Of a stretch of DNA of 64,000 nucleotides, positions 18,023-27,146 are shown piece by piece; position 1 is the stretch's first letter, and each line of letters opens with the position of its first letter. Position numbers and translations under genes: made by a program. The notes beneath the pieces are model-generated. The model worked only from the letters and a program-made list of their open reading frames with translations, was not told the origin of the DNA and did no database searches. Source of the stretch: Thermodesulfovibrionia bacterium (lineage in GTDB: Bacteria; Nitrospirota; Thermodesulfovibrionia; UBA6902); the NCBI GenBank assembly GCA_947259645.1, contig CAMYND010000004.1, positions 698 through 64,697 of the forward strand, read 5' to 3'.

Positions 18023-18598
18023 ATGAAGATAACAGCTTTTAACAGCAGCCCCCGTAAAAACGGCAACACACATCTGTTACTGCAGGAAACAGTCAAGGGA
18101 ATTGAGGAATCCGGTTTTACGGTGAATACATTCAATTTAAATTTAATGAATATCAAGGCATGCCAGGACTGCGGGGGATGCAATGAGACCGGGGTCTGTA
18201 TACTCGAGGATGACATGAACCTGGTCTACGATGCGATCAGAACTTCAGACCGCATTATTCTGGCGTCGCCGATTTTTTTCTTTTCTGTGAGTGCCCAGGC
18301 AAAACTCATGATAGACAGGTGCCAGAGCTTCTGGTGTGAGAAGTACCTTCTTGAGAAACCGGTCAAGGGAGGGAAGGCGGGCCGCAAGGGCCTGTTAATG
18401 CTGGTCGGAGGAATGAAAAAAGATATTGGAATACAGTGTGCCGAGGCCTGCGCCAAGGCGTTTTACCGGACCATTAGTGTTCCAGAGCACAGCACACTGT
18501 CATACCTGGATATTGACGCTAAAGGAGATATTCTTCATCATCCGTCTGCCCTGAAAGAAGCGTACAGTGCAGGGAAGAAACTGATTGCAATAGATTAG
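18023..18598 (+). CDS. Iron-sulfur flavoprotein (Isf-like, NADPH-dependent FMN reductase fold)
   Basis: Has the flavodoxin-like start 'FNSSPRKNGNT' and the compact Cys cluster C-x2-C-x2-C-x5-C (CQDCGGCNETGVC). Confidence 0.7.
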   Translation: MKITAFNSSPRKNGNTHLLLQETVKGIEESGFTVNTFNLNLMNIKACQDCGGCNETGVCILEDDMNLVYDAIRTSDRIILASPIFFFSVSAQAKLMIDRCQSFWCEKYLLEKPVKGGKAGRKGLLMLVGGMKKDIGIQCAEACAKAFYRTISVPEHSTLSYLDIDAKGDILHHPSALKEAYSAGKKLIAID

Positions 18599-18623
18599 TA
18601 CACGTATTATGAGATTTATTTAA

Positions 18624-18656
18624 CACAGAGGCACAGAGACCCAGAGACACGGAGGG
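18624..18656. repeat. Short intergenic CACAGAG-type iterated motif between convergent genes
   Basis: cacagaggcacagagacccagagacacggaggg consists of imperfect 7-8-nt units. Confidence 0.4.
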
Positions 18657-18712
18657 TAAATAATAGTTAAAAAATTAATTCTTTTTTTTGCGAAATTATA
18701 ATTTCTCGATTG

Positions 18713-19795
18713 TCAGGCATCGTGCATAGCTTTTAACTGTCCACATGCCGCTGATATATCTGCCCCTTTACTCTTTCTTATTCGTGTAATGATTCGTGCA
18801 CTGTGCAATATCTCCTGGAACTTAAGCACGCTTTTTTCTGTGGGCTTTTTGAAAATAAGTCGTGGCTTTTGATCGCCTTTTTCTGACCCGGATATGCCGG
18901 CGGCATTGTATGGTATTAAATTAACTTTTGCCTTTACTCCCTTTAACAGTTTTACCAGCCTGAAAGCGTCTTCTTCAGTATCATTGACTCCTTTGAGCAT
19001 TACATACTCAATAGTCATGCTTCTGTTGGGTTTCAGGGGATACTTCCTGCACGCTTTCAGGAGTTCGCGTACAGGATATTTTTTATTTATCGGCATGATC
19101 AGGTCTCTCGAGTTATCCGTAGTCGCGTTTAACGAGACAGCAAGATTAATATCAGGCCCATGTTCTGCGAGCCGCTGAAAACCGGGGACAACTCCTGAGG
19201 TTGAAACAGTTACCCTCCTTTTAGAGAAACCCATCGGACCGGTAAGAATCCAGAGAGACTGAATAACTTCTTTGATATTCATAAAGGGTTCTCCCATTCC
19301 CATGAAGACGATGTTCGTTATTGACGGTACAGATCTGTTTGAACGAGATTCCAGAAATCCCATGGCAGCCATAACCTGATCATATATTTCAAATGCCTTC
19401 AGGTTCCGCTTCAGCCCGATACTGGCGGTCCTGCAAAATTTACAGCCCATGGAACAGCCAACCTGTGATGAAATACAGATTGTGTAGGAATTGTGGCCCA
19501 GGCTGTTTGGGATGAGAACACTTTCTACTGTTTCTCTGTCATCAAGTTCCAAAAGAAGCTTGCAGGTTCCGTCCTGCGACACACGGCTCTTGCGAACAAT
19601 CAGGCTGCTGATACAGGCAATACTACTGAGGTGGTCCCTTAATGACCGTGAAAGATCGGTCATATCATCAAATGATACAGCCCGTTTTCGATATATCCAG
19701 TTGATAATTTGTCTTGCCCTGTATGGCTTAAGCCCCTGTCTTTCAATGAACTGAGTTATTTCTTCGGGGCCCATCTCTTTTAAGTTATTCTTCAT
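18713..19795 (-). CDS. rlmN: 23S rRNA/tRNA adenine-C2 methyltransferase RlmN (radical SAM)
   Basis: 'YRARQIINWIY', the radical-SAM motif 'CSMGCKFC', 'GMGEPFMN' and C-terminal 'ACGQL' are all present. Confidence 0.9.
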   Translation of the reverse strand: MKNNLKEMGPEEITQFIERQGLKPYRARQIINWIYRKRAVSFDDMTDLSRSLRDHLSSIACISSLIVRKSRVSQDGTCKLLLELDDRETVESVLIPNSLGHNSYTICISSQVGCSMGCKFCRTASIGLKRNLKAFEIYDQVMAAMGFLESRSNRSVPSITNIVFMGMGEPFMNIKEVIQSLWILTGPMGFSKRRVTVSTSGVVPGFQRLAEHGPDINLAVSLNATTDNSRDLIMPINKKYPVRELLKACRKYPLKPNRSMTIEYVMLKGVNDTEEDAFRLVKLLKGVKAKVNLIPYNAAGISGSEKGDQKPRLIFKKPTEKSVLKFQEILHSARIITRIRKSKGADISAACGQLKAMHDA

Positions 19796-19958
19796 AATTG
19801 CCGATCAATGAGCTAAAGGGTGAACATTTTAACCCTTGTATTATATAGCTTTGGCGGTAAGTTGACAAAATAGCAGATATTAATAATACTGGATTACCGG
19901 GCCTCTAAATGGAAGCATGATGATGAACATGTTTTCCCGGAAGTAGATAATCAGTGTA

Positions 19959-20330
19959 ATGATAAAGAAAATCCTCATAGTTGACGACTCATCTGTCGCA
20001 CGAAAAATGCTCAAGAGCTGTTTACCCAAGGACAAGGGGTATGAATTTCACGAGGCGGCTGATGGTAGTGAAGGCGTTGAGAAATATATAGAAGTAAACC
20101 CGGATGTTACATTTATGGACCTGAACATGCCTGTTATGAACGGATATGAAGCGGTACGTACTATCACAGGACAGGACAAAGATGCCCTTATCATCGTTGT
20201 TACTGCTGAAATACAGATGAAATCAATAAAGGATGCACTGGCAGCAGGAGCCTATATGGTACTGAAGAAGCCGTTAAAGCGGGAAGAGATCAACAGTGCG
20301 CTCTTGAAGGCTGAAGATTCATTGCGTTAG
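19959..20330 (+). CDS. Single-domain CheY-like response regulator
   Basis: 123 aa with 'ILIVDDSSVARKML', the acceptor context 'VTFMDLNMPVMNG' and 'LKKP'. Confidence 0.85.
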   Translation: MIKKILIVDDSSVARKMLKSCLPKDKGYEFHEAADGSEGVEKYIEVNPDVTFMDLNMPVMNGYEAVRTITGQDKDALIIVVTAEIQMKSIKDALAAGAYMVLKKPLKREEINSALLKAEDSLR

Positions 20331-20465
20331 CATGATCATCTCTTAATACCTGCCAAAAAAGATATTTTCCTGTTGCAAATTATATTTCTTGTCCTCAAAA
20401 AATAAAAGGTGCCGGGCTTCTGTCAAAGTGTTGACGTCGCCGCATTATTATGGCAATATAGTCAT

Positions 20466-21857
20466 ATGCATCGGATACTTGTTGTGGATGATGAAGAGTC
20501 AATTCGTGATCTCTTGTCTGATTTCCTTAAAGGACAGGGATTTGAGGTATCAACTGCCAAGGACGGAGAATCCGCTCTTTCCCTCTTAAAGGAAGAGAAG
20601 TTTGACCTTTTTCTGCTTGATCTCATGATGCCCGGTATGAGCGGTATCGATGTTCTGAAAGAGACCTCTTCCGCAAAAATCACTATTCCCTCGATTGTAA
20701 TAACTGCCTACGCGAGCGTACAGACAGCTGTTGAAGCAATGAAACTGGGGGCCTTTGATTACATTAACAAACCATTTGTCCTGGATGATGTTCATATTGC
20801 GATCAAACGGGCCCTCGATGTATCACGCCTGCAGGAAGAAAACTCACGGTTGAAAAAAGAGTTAAAGAAAAAATTCGGCTACCACAAAATAATAGGAAAT
20901 TCCCGGGAAATTCAGGGAGTCATTAATTTTATCGAAAAAATCGCTGACACAGACAGCACGGTACTGATCACAGGAGAAAGCGGAACCGGAAAAGAGCTTG
21001 TGGCCAAGACTATTCACTACAACAGCTCGCGGTCAAAAAAGCCCTTTGTCCCTCTGAATTGTGCTGCAATTCCAAAGGATATCCTTGAGTCAGAGCTGTT
21101 TGGCCATGAAAAAGGGGCCTTTACAGGGGCAATCTCCTCAAGGCTGGGTCGTTTTGAACTAGCTAATAACGGCACTCTTTTTCTCGATGAAATTGGCGAA
21201 CTCGCACCTTCACTACAGGTAAAACTTCTGCGGGTACTTCAGGAAAAGGAGTTTGAAAAAGTCGGAGGCATTAAAACGATTAAAGTTGATGTGCGTATTC
21301 TGGCAGCAACAAACAGGGACCTTGAGAAGGCCGTGAAGGAAGGGTTGTTTCGCGAAGACCTGTATTACCGCCTGAATGTAATACCTCTGCACCTTCCTCC
21401 GCTGAGAAAAATGAGAGAAGACGTTCCTCTGCTCGTTGATCATTTTATTGCTGATATAGCAAAAAGAAAGAAAAGAACCGCACCGGTGATATCAGATGAA
21501 GCTATGAGCTGCTTCATGAATTATCGGTGGCCGGGCAATGTTCGCGAGCTTGAAAACCTCGCTGAAAGGCTTATTATTCTGAAAGAAGGCGATGATGTCA
21601 GACCTGATGACCTCCCGGACAGGTTACGTGAAAGTCATCCTGTCGAGGCTTCTTCAGTCAAGAGTCAAAGACTGTCTTCTGATGGTGTTGATCTGAATCT
21701 AATGCTCGATGAGATAGAAAATAACATGATACTGCAGGCCCTTGAAATTTCAAAGGGCGTAAAAAGCAAGGCAGCAAACCTGCTGGGATTAAACAGAACA
21801 ACCCTTATTGAAAAAATGAAGAAAAAGGCGATAGAATTCAATGCAGCCCCTAAATAG
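20466..21857 (+). CDS. NtrC-family sigma-54-dependent response regulator (REC-AAA+-HTH)
   Basis: The REC domain has 'DLFLLDLMMPGMSG'. The AAA+ domain has GESGTGKE and GAFTGA, and a Fis-type HTH sits at the C-terminus. The start is moved from 20409 to the ATG giving 'MHRILVVDDEE'. Confidence 0.9.
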   Translation: MHRILVVDDEESIRDLLSDFLKGQGFEVSTAKDGESALSLLKEEKFDLFLLDLMMPGMSGIDVLKETSSAKITIPSIVITAYASVQTAVEAMKLGAFDYINKPFVLDDVHIAIKRALDVSRLQEENSRLKKELKKKFGYHKIIGNSREIQGVINFIEKIADTDSTVLITGESGTGKELVAKTIHYNSSRSKKPFVPLNCAAIPKDILESELFGHEKGAFTGAISSRLGRFELANNGTLFLDEIGELAPSLQVKLLRVLQEKEFEKVGGIKTIKVDVRILAATNRDLEKAVKEGLFREDLYYRLNVIPLHLPPLRKMREDVPLLVDHFIADIAKRKKRTAPVISDEAMSCFMNYRWPGNVRELENLAERLIILKEGDDVRPDDLPDRLRESHPVEASSVKSQRLSSDGVDLNLMLDEIENNMILQALEISKGVKSKAANLLGLNRTTLIEKMKKKAIEFNAAPK

Positions 21858-21969
21858 CGATCTTTCCCGGATATCTGTACTTCCCTCATCAGTCCCCCTG
21901 GGATAGCCCTGCTGTCAGTTTAATGACACTTCCTGCTTTCCAATTCCTTTAAAAATCAACGTATTAAGT

Positions 21970-21985
21970 TGGCACAGTTATTGCT
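21970..21985 (+). promoter_or_regulatory. Sigma-54 (-24/-12) promoter of the AMIN/TPR-kinase-EBP operon
   Basis: TGGCAC-AGTTA-TTGCT is a full match to TGGCAC-N5-TTGCW. Confidence 0.6.
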
Positions 21986-21996
21986 TTTTAAGAGGC

Positions 21997-24375
21997 ATGA
22001 ATTATGTACGCGGCTTAATCTTACTGCTCTTCATGACCTCTACCCTTATCATTGGTATTGGGCATACCGCCACTCAGCAGAGCAGCCCGACAACGCTCAA
22101 GGTACGAACAGGCAGCCATGATGCCTATCACAGAATAGTATTTGAGGGGCCCCAGTCTGTTATTACAAAGGGGAGAGTCAGTCAGAATCAGAATAAACTC
22201 GTTGTTGAATTCGGTGGCTCTGAATTTAGCGTTGATCAAGAAAAAGTCCTTCTCAAATATAAAGCAGACAAAAAAAGCATTACCTTTATTCTGGACAAAC
22301 CCGGATCTCTGAAGAGCTTCTTTCTTAAGGATCCCAGCCGGTTTGTGATGGATATTTCCTCTCCTGATAAGAAAGATATCGCGACGAAAGATACAAAGAA
22401 AACCGCTGCTGAAAAGAAAGAGAAGGACAATATAAAGGAACGACATGCGGCCCGGGTAAAAAAGGCAAAGGTGATCGAAAATAAGGACGAAACAAAGGAA
22501 ACAAAGGAAACAAAGAAACCTGAGAAAGTTCAGAAAAAGAAGCTCTCTGTAAAAAAAGAGCGGCCACTCGCGAAAAAAAGGGTTATTGCTGCCAGGAAAA
22601 AAAGTCTGAGCAGTGATGCTCCATTTGTGCCGGATCAGTACAAAAGTTTATGGAATTTGCTCCAGGCCGGAAACTTTTATACTGTTTTAAAAGAGCTTCC
22701 TAATTTCAAACCGCAGGACCTGAAGTCACTTGCTGCATACCATTATATGTATGGTGACGCATATAAAACCGCACAAAAATATCTGGATGCGATTAAACAC
22801 TTCAGGCTTGCCTATATTTATGCGACAGATGAATCATTGAAGGAGATGGCACTGTTTGACAGGGCAGAGCTCTATAGAAGGCTCAAGCTCCATAATGAGG
22901 CGATGGCAAACTATAAAGTCTTCATTAAAACGTTTCCCTCTTCTGAGCGTCTCCAGGAGGCCCACCTTGGTCTTGCTAAAACTCTTTCAGTCATGCGCAT
23001 CTACGGTGAAGCTGTAGAGCATTTCAAAAAGGCCGGAAATTCAGCGGAAATAGCATTCAGTACAGCCAATGTTCTCCAGAGAATTGGGAAGGTTGTGGAA
23101 GCGCGGCAAGCATATGCTGAAGCGCTTGCCATTGACAGTAAATATCCATCCCGCTCCGCGGAGACCTATTTCCTTATTGGTGAAAACATGCGCCTCCTTG
23201 GTGAGTTGGAAGAAGCGGACAGGCATATGAAACAGGTCAGTTATGGAGAGTATGCTGATGAAACCCGCTTGAGTCTCGGGTATATAGCAATGGAGAAGTC
23301 AGATTTCGGGGAAGCCATAACAAATTTTAAAGTTGCCTCCATGTCCGGCAATCACGATATCAGAACCAAAGGTCTCTTCAACCTTTCCAAAGCCTATCAG
23401 AAGGCGGGCAAGCTCACAGAGGCCATATCAAGCCTGGAAGTTATTCGACACAAATATATAAATTCCGCCCTGTATAAGGAAACGCTGTTTGAACTAGCCC
23501 AGCTGTACAGAAAAGAGGGTAAGCGAAATAAGTCTGTTTCACTGCTCAAAGAGCTCATGTACGGGAAGATGACTCCGAGTAAAACCTTTGATGAACTTGA
23601 AAATATTCTGCTGGAGGCCAGTGAGAGCAAAAACCAAAGCACCTCAGATGAGTTGAAATTTGTTTCACTGTGGGATGAAATCGGTCAGTGGATGATAGAC
23701 GAGAGCCGGGAAGACTTCCTCATAAAAATAAGTTCAAAGCTCAGACATGAAGGGGTCTCTTTTATAGATCTTACTACATGGATTGTTGATCATGGATCAA
23801 AAGAAGCCCGGGTAAAGGCTGCAATTGATCTTGCAGATTACTATATCGGAATTGGGAGTGTTGATGAAGCCGGAAGATATATGGATATAGTCCATGACTC
23901 CAAAATAAGCAGTGACGCAGCATTAAGGGTCGAAGCAAAAATAGACCGGGCGCTCGGAGAGTATGAGGAAGGACTGAAAAAACTCATGGCCATTCAGCAG
24001 TTGGAATCTGCTGATCTTGACCAGGTTGGAATCGTTATATCGGATCTGAAAGATTCAGAAGTTCGGCTGAAAGCCATTGCTTTCTATGAAAGTATCTTAA
24101 ACAGCAAAGAGTGGGACTCTGATAAATACAACAAAATGGCTGATATGCTCTACAGGAGTGACGAAAAGAAACGTGCTTTAACGTATTACAGAATCGCCCA
24201 AAAAAAGAAGCCTGATGATGAGTGGGCAGCATACAGGATTGGATCAGGGGGTGAAGAAAAAGAGTCGGAGAAGATGTTCGAACTCCTGGGAAAAGGAGAC
24301 ACTCTGTTAAGCCGCCTTGCAAAGTCAAAATTGATCGAAATAAACCTTATGAATAAAGTAGACGAGGTGTTTTAG
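21997..24375 (+). CDS. Envelope protein with an N-terminal hydrophobic segment, AMIN-like domain, Lys-rich linker and multiple TPR repeats
   Basis: The AMIN-like block runs 'LKVRTGSHDAYHRIVFEG...PSRFVMDI'. A K/E-rich low-complexity stretch and TPR-like repeats (AAYHYMYGDAYKTAQKYLDAIKHF etc.) follow. Confidence 0.7.
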   Translation: MNYVRGLILLLFMTSTLIIGIGHTATQQSSPTTLKVRTGSHDAYHRIVFEGPQSVITKGRVSQNQNKLVVEFGGSEFSVDQEKVLLKYKADKKSITFILDKPGSLKSFFLKDPSRFVMDISSPDKKDIATKDTKKTAAEKKEKDNIKERHAARVKKAKVIENKDETKETKETKKPEKVQKKKLSVKKERPLAKKRVIAARKKSLSSDAPFVPDQYKSLWNLLQAGNFYTVLKELPNFKPQDLKSLAAYHYMYGDAYKTAQKYLDAIKHFRLAYIYATDESLKEMALFDRAELYRRLKLHNEAMANYKVFIKTFPSSERLQEAHLGLAKTLSVMRIYGEAVEHFKKAGNSAEIAFSTANVLQRIGKVVEARQAYAEALAIDSKYPSRSAETYFLIGENMRLLGELEEADRHMKQVSYGEYADETRLSLGYIAMEKSDFGEAITNFKVASMSGNHDIRTKGLFNLSKAYQKAGKLTEAISSLEVIRHKYINSALYKETLFELAQLYRKEGKRNKSVSLLKELMYGKMTPSKTFDELENILLEASESKNQSTSDELKFVSLWDEIGQWMIDESREDFLIKISSKLRHEGVSFIDLTTWIVDHGSKEARVKAAIDLADYYIGIGSVDEAGRYMDIVHDSKISSDAALRVEAKIDRALGEYEEGLKKLMAIQQLESADLDQVGIVISDLKDSEVRLKAIAFYESILNSKEWDSDKYNKMADMLYRSDEKKRALTYYRIAQKKKPDDEWAAYRIGSGGEEKESEKMFELLGKGDTLLSRLAKSKLIEINLMNKVDEVF
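22489..22515 (+). repeat. Perfect 3 x 9-bp tandem repeat (GAAACAAAG) inside the AMIN/TPR gene
   Basis: It encodes (ETK)3 within the Lys/Glu-rich linker. Confidence 0.8.
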
Positions 24376-25571
24376 TGGAACAGGTCAGCAAATTAAATGA
24401 AGCATTTCATGACTTTACCCAGGCCTCAAAAAGTCTGGAACTCTATTATGAAAAATTAAGCACGAGAGTTCAATACCTTACAGAGGAGCTGGAAAAGAAG
24501 AATTTCCAGCTCAAGAACGCTGTACTTGAACTTGGAGAATCAAAGGACTATCTGCAGACTGTTCTGCAGAGTATTGGAGAAGTTATTATTGTGCTTGACC
24601 AGGAAAAAAAGATCACTATGGTCAATAAGGCGGCAGAAATGCTCTGCCGCATTGATGCACGCGATGTTAGAGGAATGTTATTCAGTGACCTTGATATCCG
24701 TTTAATGAACACAAGTTCAGGGACAGTGATGACTGTTCAGGGAAAAAAGTCCGAGATCATATTTTCACAGTCAGAGGTGACTGATCCCAAGGGTACGATC
24801 AGGGGTTATGTAGTCTTAATTAAGGACATAACAAGAATCAAGGATCTTGAACGGCAGAACGAAAGAAACCAGAGGCTCATATCAATGGGTGAGATGGCCG
24901 CAAAAATAGTACATGAGATTCGAAGCCCCTTATGCAGCATTGAACTATTCTCGAATATGCTCTCAAAGGACCTGGAAGGCTCAAAACATTCAGAAATGGC
25001 AAATGGAATCTCTTCCGGCATAAAGAGTCTCAATAACATCCTGACGAACATGCTGTTTTTTGCAAAGCCTCAAAAGCCATCTTTTAATCAGGTACGCTTA
25101 TCTGATGCTCTCAATGATTCCATAAAAATCCTTGCTCCTCTGATCGAAGTAAGGGGGATAAAAATAAGCACGCTGATAAATGAGGAGATAATTCACGGCG
25201 ACTCTGAACTGCTGAAGCAGGTATTTATGAATATCATCCTGAACGCCTGTCAGGCAATGGTCAGCGAGGGCAGCCTGGAAGTAGTCATGGGGAGTGAGGG
25301 GGGCTTTGCCACCGTATCAGTCATTGACCAGGGCGAAGGCATTGAACCTGATATTATTGAAAAAATATTTGACCCTTTCTTCAGCACCAAGGACAAGGGA
25401 ACAGGGCTGGGTCTCGCGATAGCCCATAAAATAATGCAGAGCCACGGAGGATTTATAAAGGCATACAGAAATGATGATACCGGCAGCACTTTCTGCGCGT
25501 CCTTCCCAAAAATAAATAAAACAGAAAGCGAAGAGATACAAGAAACCTTATATGAAAAAGCAGGTAAATGA
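24375..25571 (+). CDS. Soluble PAS-domain sensor histidine kinase (FlrB/FleS-like by position)
   Basis: The GTG start overlaps the upstream stop (TAGTG). It has a PAS-like region, H-box 'HEIRSPL', N-box 'NIILNACQA', and G-boxes 'DQGEGI' and 'GTGLGL'. No TM segments are present. Confidence 0.85.
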   Translation: MEQVSKLNEAFHDFTQASKSLELYYEKLSTRVQYLTEELEKKNFQLKNAVLELGESKDYLQTVLQSIGEVIIVLDQEKKITMVNKAAEMLCRIDARDVRGMLFSDLDIRLMNTSSGTVMTVQGKKSEIIFSQSEVTDPKGTIRGYVVLIKDITRIKDLERQNERNQRLISMGEMAAKIVHEIRSPLCSIELFSNMLSKDLEGSKHSEMANGISSGIKSLNNILTNMLFFAKPQKPSFNQVRLSDALNDSIKILAPLIEVRGIKISTLINEEIIHGDSELLKQVFMNIILNACQAMVSEGSLEVVMGSEGGFATVSVIDQGEGIEPDIIEKIFDPFFSTKDKGTGLGLAIAHKIMQSHGGFIKAYRNDDTGSTFCASFPKINKTESEEIQETLYEKAGK

Positions 25572-26880
25572 CATGAAAGAAACTACCAAATCAATACTTG
25601 TTGTTGACGATGATCTGCAGATGAGGGCTGCCCTGAATGAGGCAGTGGTTCGAATGGGATACAACGCGGTGCTCGCTGAAGACCCGGAGGAAGCCCTGAA
25701 TAAACTGAAAGAGAAAGCTGTATCAATGATAGTGACGGATATGAAGATGCCTAAAATGGATGGTCTGGATTTTATAAAGACTGCCCGGGAAAAGATAGGG
25801 AGTCTTCCAATTCTTGTAATAACCGGTCATGCAACGGTAGAAAATGCCGTGGAAGTGATGAAAGAAGGTGTCTGCGACTATTTAATGAAGCCATTCTCCT
25901 TTGACGCGCTTACCGGCACAATCGAATCGATAATGTCACGGTCAACTCACAATGGCAATGAAATCCTGACCAAAAATGAGAAAATGGAAAAGCTGGTCCA
26001 GCTTGCCCAAAGTGTTGCTCTGAGTGACATGACAGTCCTTATAACAGGTGAGAGCGGGACAGGCAAGGAACTGCTTTCACGGTATATCCAGAAGTCGAGC
26101 CGCCGGAGCACGAAACCCTTTATAGCGGTAAACTGCGCGGCAATACCTGACAACCTCCTGGAGTCAGAACTGTTCGGTTTTGAAAAAGGCGCATTTACCG
26201 GGGCACATGAGAAGAAAATCGGTAAGTTTGAGCTTGCCAACGGGGGTACGATTCTGCTGGATGAAATAGGTGAAATGTCATCAACTCTTCAGGCAAAGCT
26301 CCTGAGGGTTCTCCAGGAAAAAGAGATTGATAAGATCGGGGGCAAACATCCTGTTCCTGTTGATGTGAGAGTTATAGCCACTACAAACAGAGACTTACAG
26401 GAAGAAATTAATGCGGGTAATTTCCGCGAGGACCTCTACTTCAGGTTAAGCGTTTTTCCACTTCAGATCCCCTCTTTACGCGAGAGACCTGAGGACATAC
26501 AGTTTATAGCAGAGCATTACGCGAACAAGTTTTCTCTGGAACTCAATAAACAGGTAACAGGTTTTACCGCTGATGCTGTTGAGTTTCTCATCTCGAGACA
26601 GTGGAAGGGCAACATCAGGGAGCTTGAAAATGCTGTACACAGGGCAGTACTGATTGCGCAGTCTGAACGTATCAGTATTGATGATTTTCTGCTCGAGGGG
26701 ACTGAGCTTCAGGCCCCCATGAACAATGGAAGCATCAGAAACATGGAGATGGACATGATTATGAAGACCCTGGAAGATACCAATGGGAATAAGACCAAGG
26801 CTGCAAAGCTGCTCGGAGTGAGTGTGAGAACCATACGGAATAAATTGAACGGGTATGGGAAAAATATTCCTACTGTATAA
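25552..26880 (+). CDS. Sigma-54-dependent response regulator (FlrC/FleR-like by position)
   Basis: The REC domain has 'MIVTDMKMPKMDG', the AAA+ domain has GESGTGKE and GAFTGA, and there is a C-terminal HTH. An alternative start at 25573 (MKETTK...) lies just after the kinase stop. Confidence 0.85.
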   Translation: MKKQVNDMKETTKSILVVDDDLQMRAALNEAVVRMGYNAVLAEDPEEALNKLKEKAVSMIVTDMKMPKMDGLDFIKTAREKIGSLPILVITGHATVENAVEVMKEGVCDYLMKPFSFDALTGTIESIMSRSTHNGNEILTKNEKMEKLVQLAQSVALSDMTVLITGESGTGKELLSRYIQKSSRRSTKPFIAVNCAAIPDNLLESELFGFEKGAFTGAHEKKIGKFELANGGTILLDEIGEMSSTLQAKLLRVLQEKEIDKIGGKHPVPVDVRVIATTNRDLQEEINAGNFREDLYFRLSVFPLQIPSLRERPEDIQFIAEHYANKFSLELNKQVTGFTADAVEFLISRQWKGNIRELENAVHRAVLIAQSERISIDDFLLEGTELQAPMNNGSIRNMEMDMIMKTLEDTNGNKTKAAKLLGVSVRTIRNKLNGYGKNIPTV

Positions 26881-27094
26881 ATATGATACGTCACAATATT
26901 GACAGTTTCTTGATTGATTATTTTCTGAAACAGCGAAGCAACAGGATTGCGACAGCATTGGAATTGCTGAAGAGAAAATTGCCAGAAATGCATGTGAGTA
27001 ATTTATCATTAAAATTCAATATATTAGCGGATAGATTCATGGGAATGATAAAAAATGTTCCGTTAGAACTGGGAATGTTTCCGGTTGTTTTACC

Positions 27095-27109
27095 TGGCAT
27101 GGTATTTGT
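27095..27109 (+). promoter_or_regulatory. Sigma-54-like promoter upstream of flgB
   Basis: TGGCAT-GGTAT-TTGT, with -12 GT instead of GC. It lies 38 nt upstream of the flgB ATG. Confidence 0.4.
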
Positions 27110-27146
27110 TAATACTCAGTCTGGACGAATAAAAGGGAGATAACAT

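Noticed and set aside
20409-20465. An upstream extension of the NtrC-type regulator (track start 20409, 'MPGFCQSVDVAALLWQYSH').
   Set aside because: The extension does not resemble a receiver N-terminus. The ATG at 20466 gives the canonical 'MHRILVVDDEE'. A TTGACG/TATAGT-like sigma-70 pair inside the extension was noticed, but the spacing is ambiguous, so it is not reported as a feature.
26476-27009. A 177-aa minus-strand ORF overlapping the 3' end of the EBP gene.
   Set aside because: It is antisense to a well-supported AAA+/HTH coding region. It has no recognisable domains or RBS.
26883-27143. An 86-aa + strand ORF filling the gap between the second EBP gene and flgB.
   Set aside because: It has no RBS and an odd composition. 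It contains the sigma-54-like flgB promoter motif (27095-27109) and the likely activator-binding region, so I treat it as non-coding regulatory DNA.
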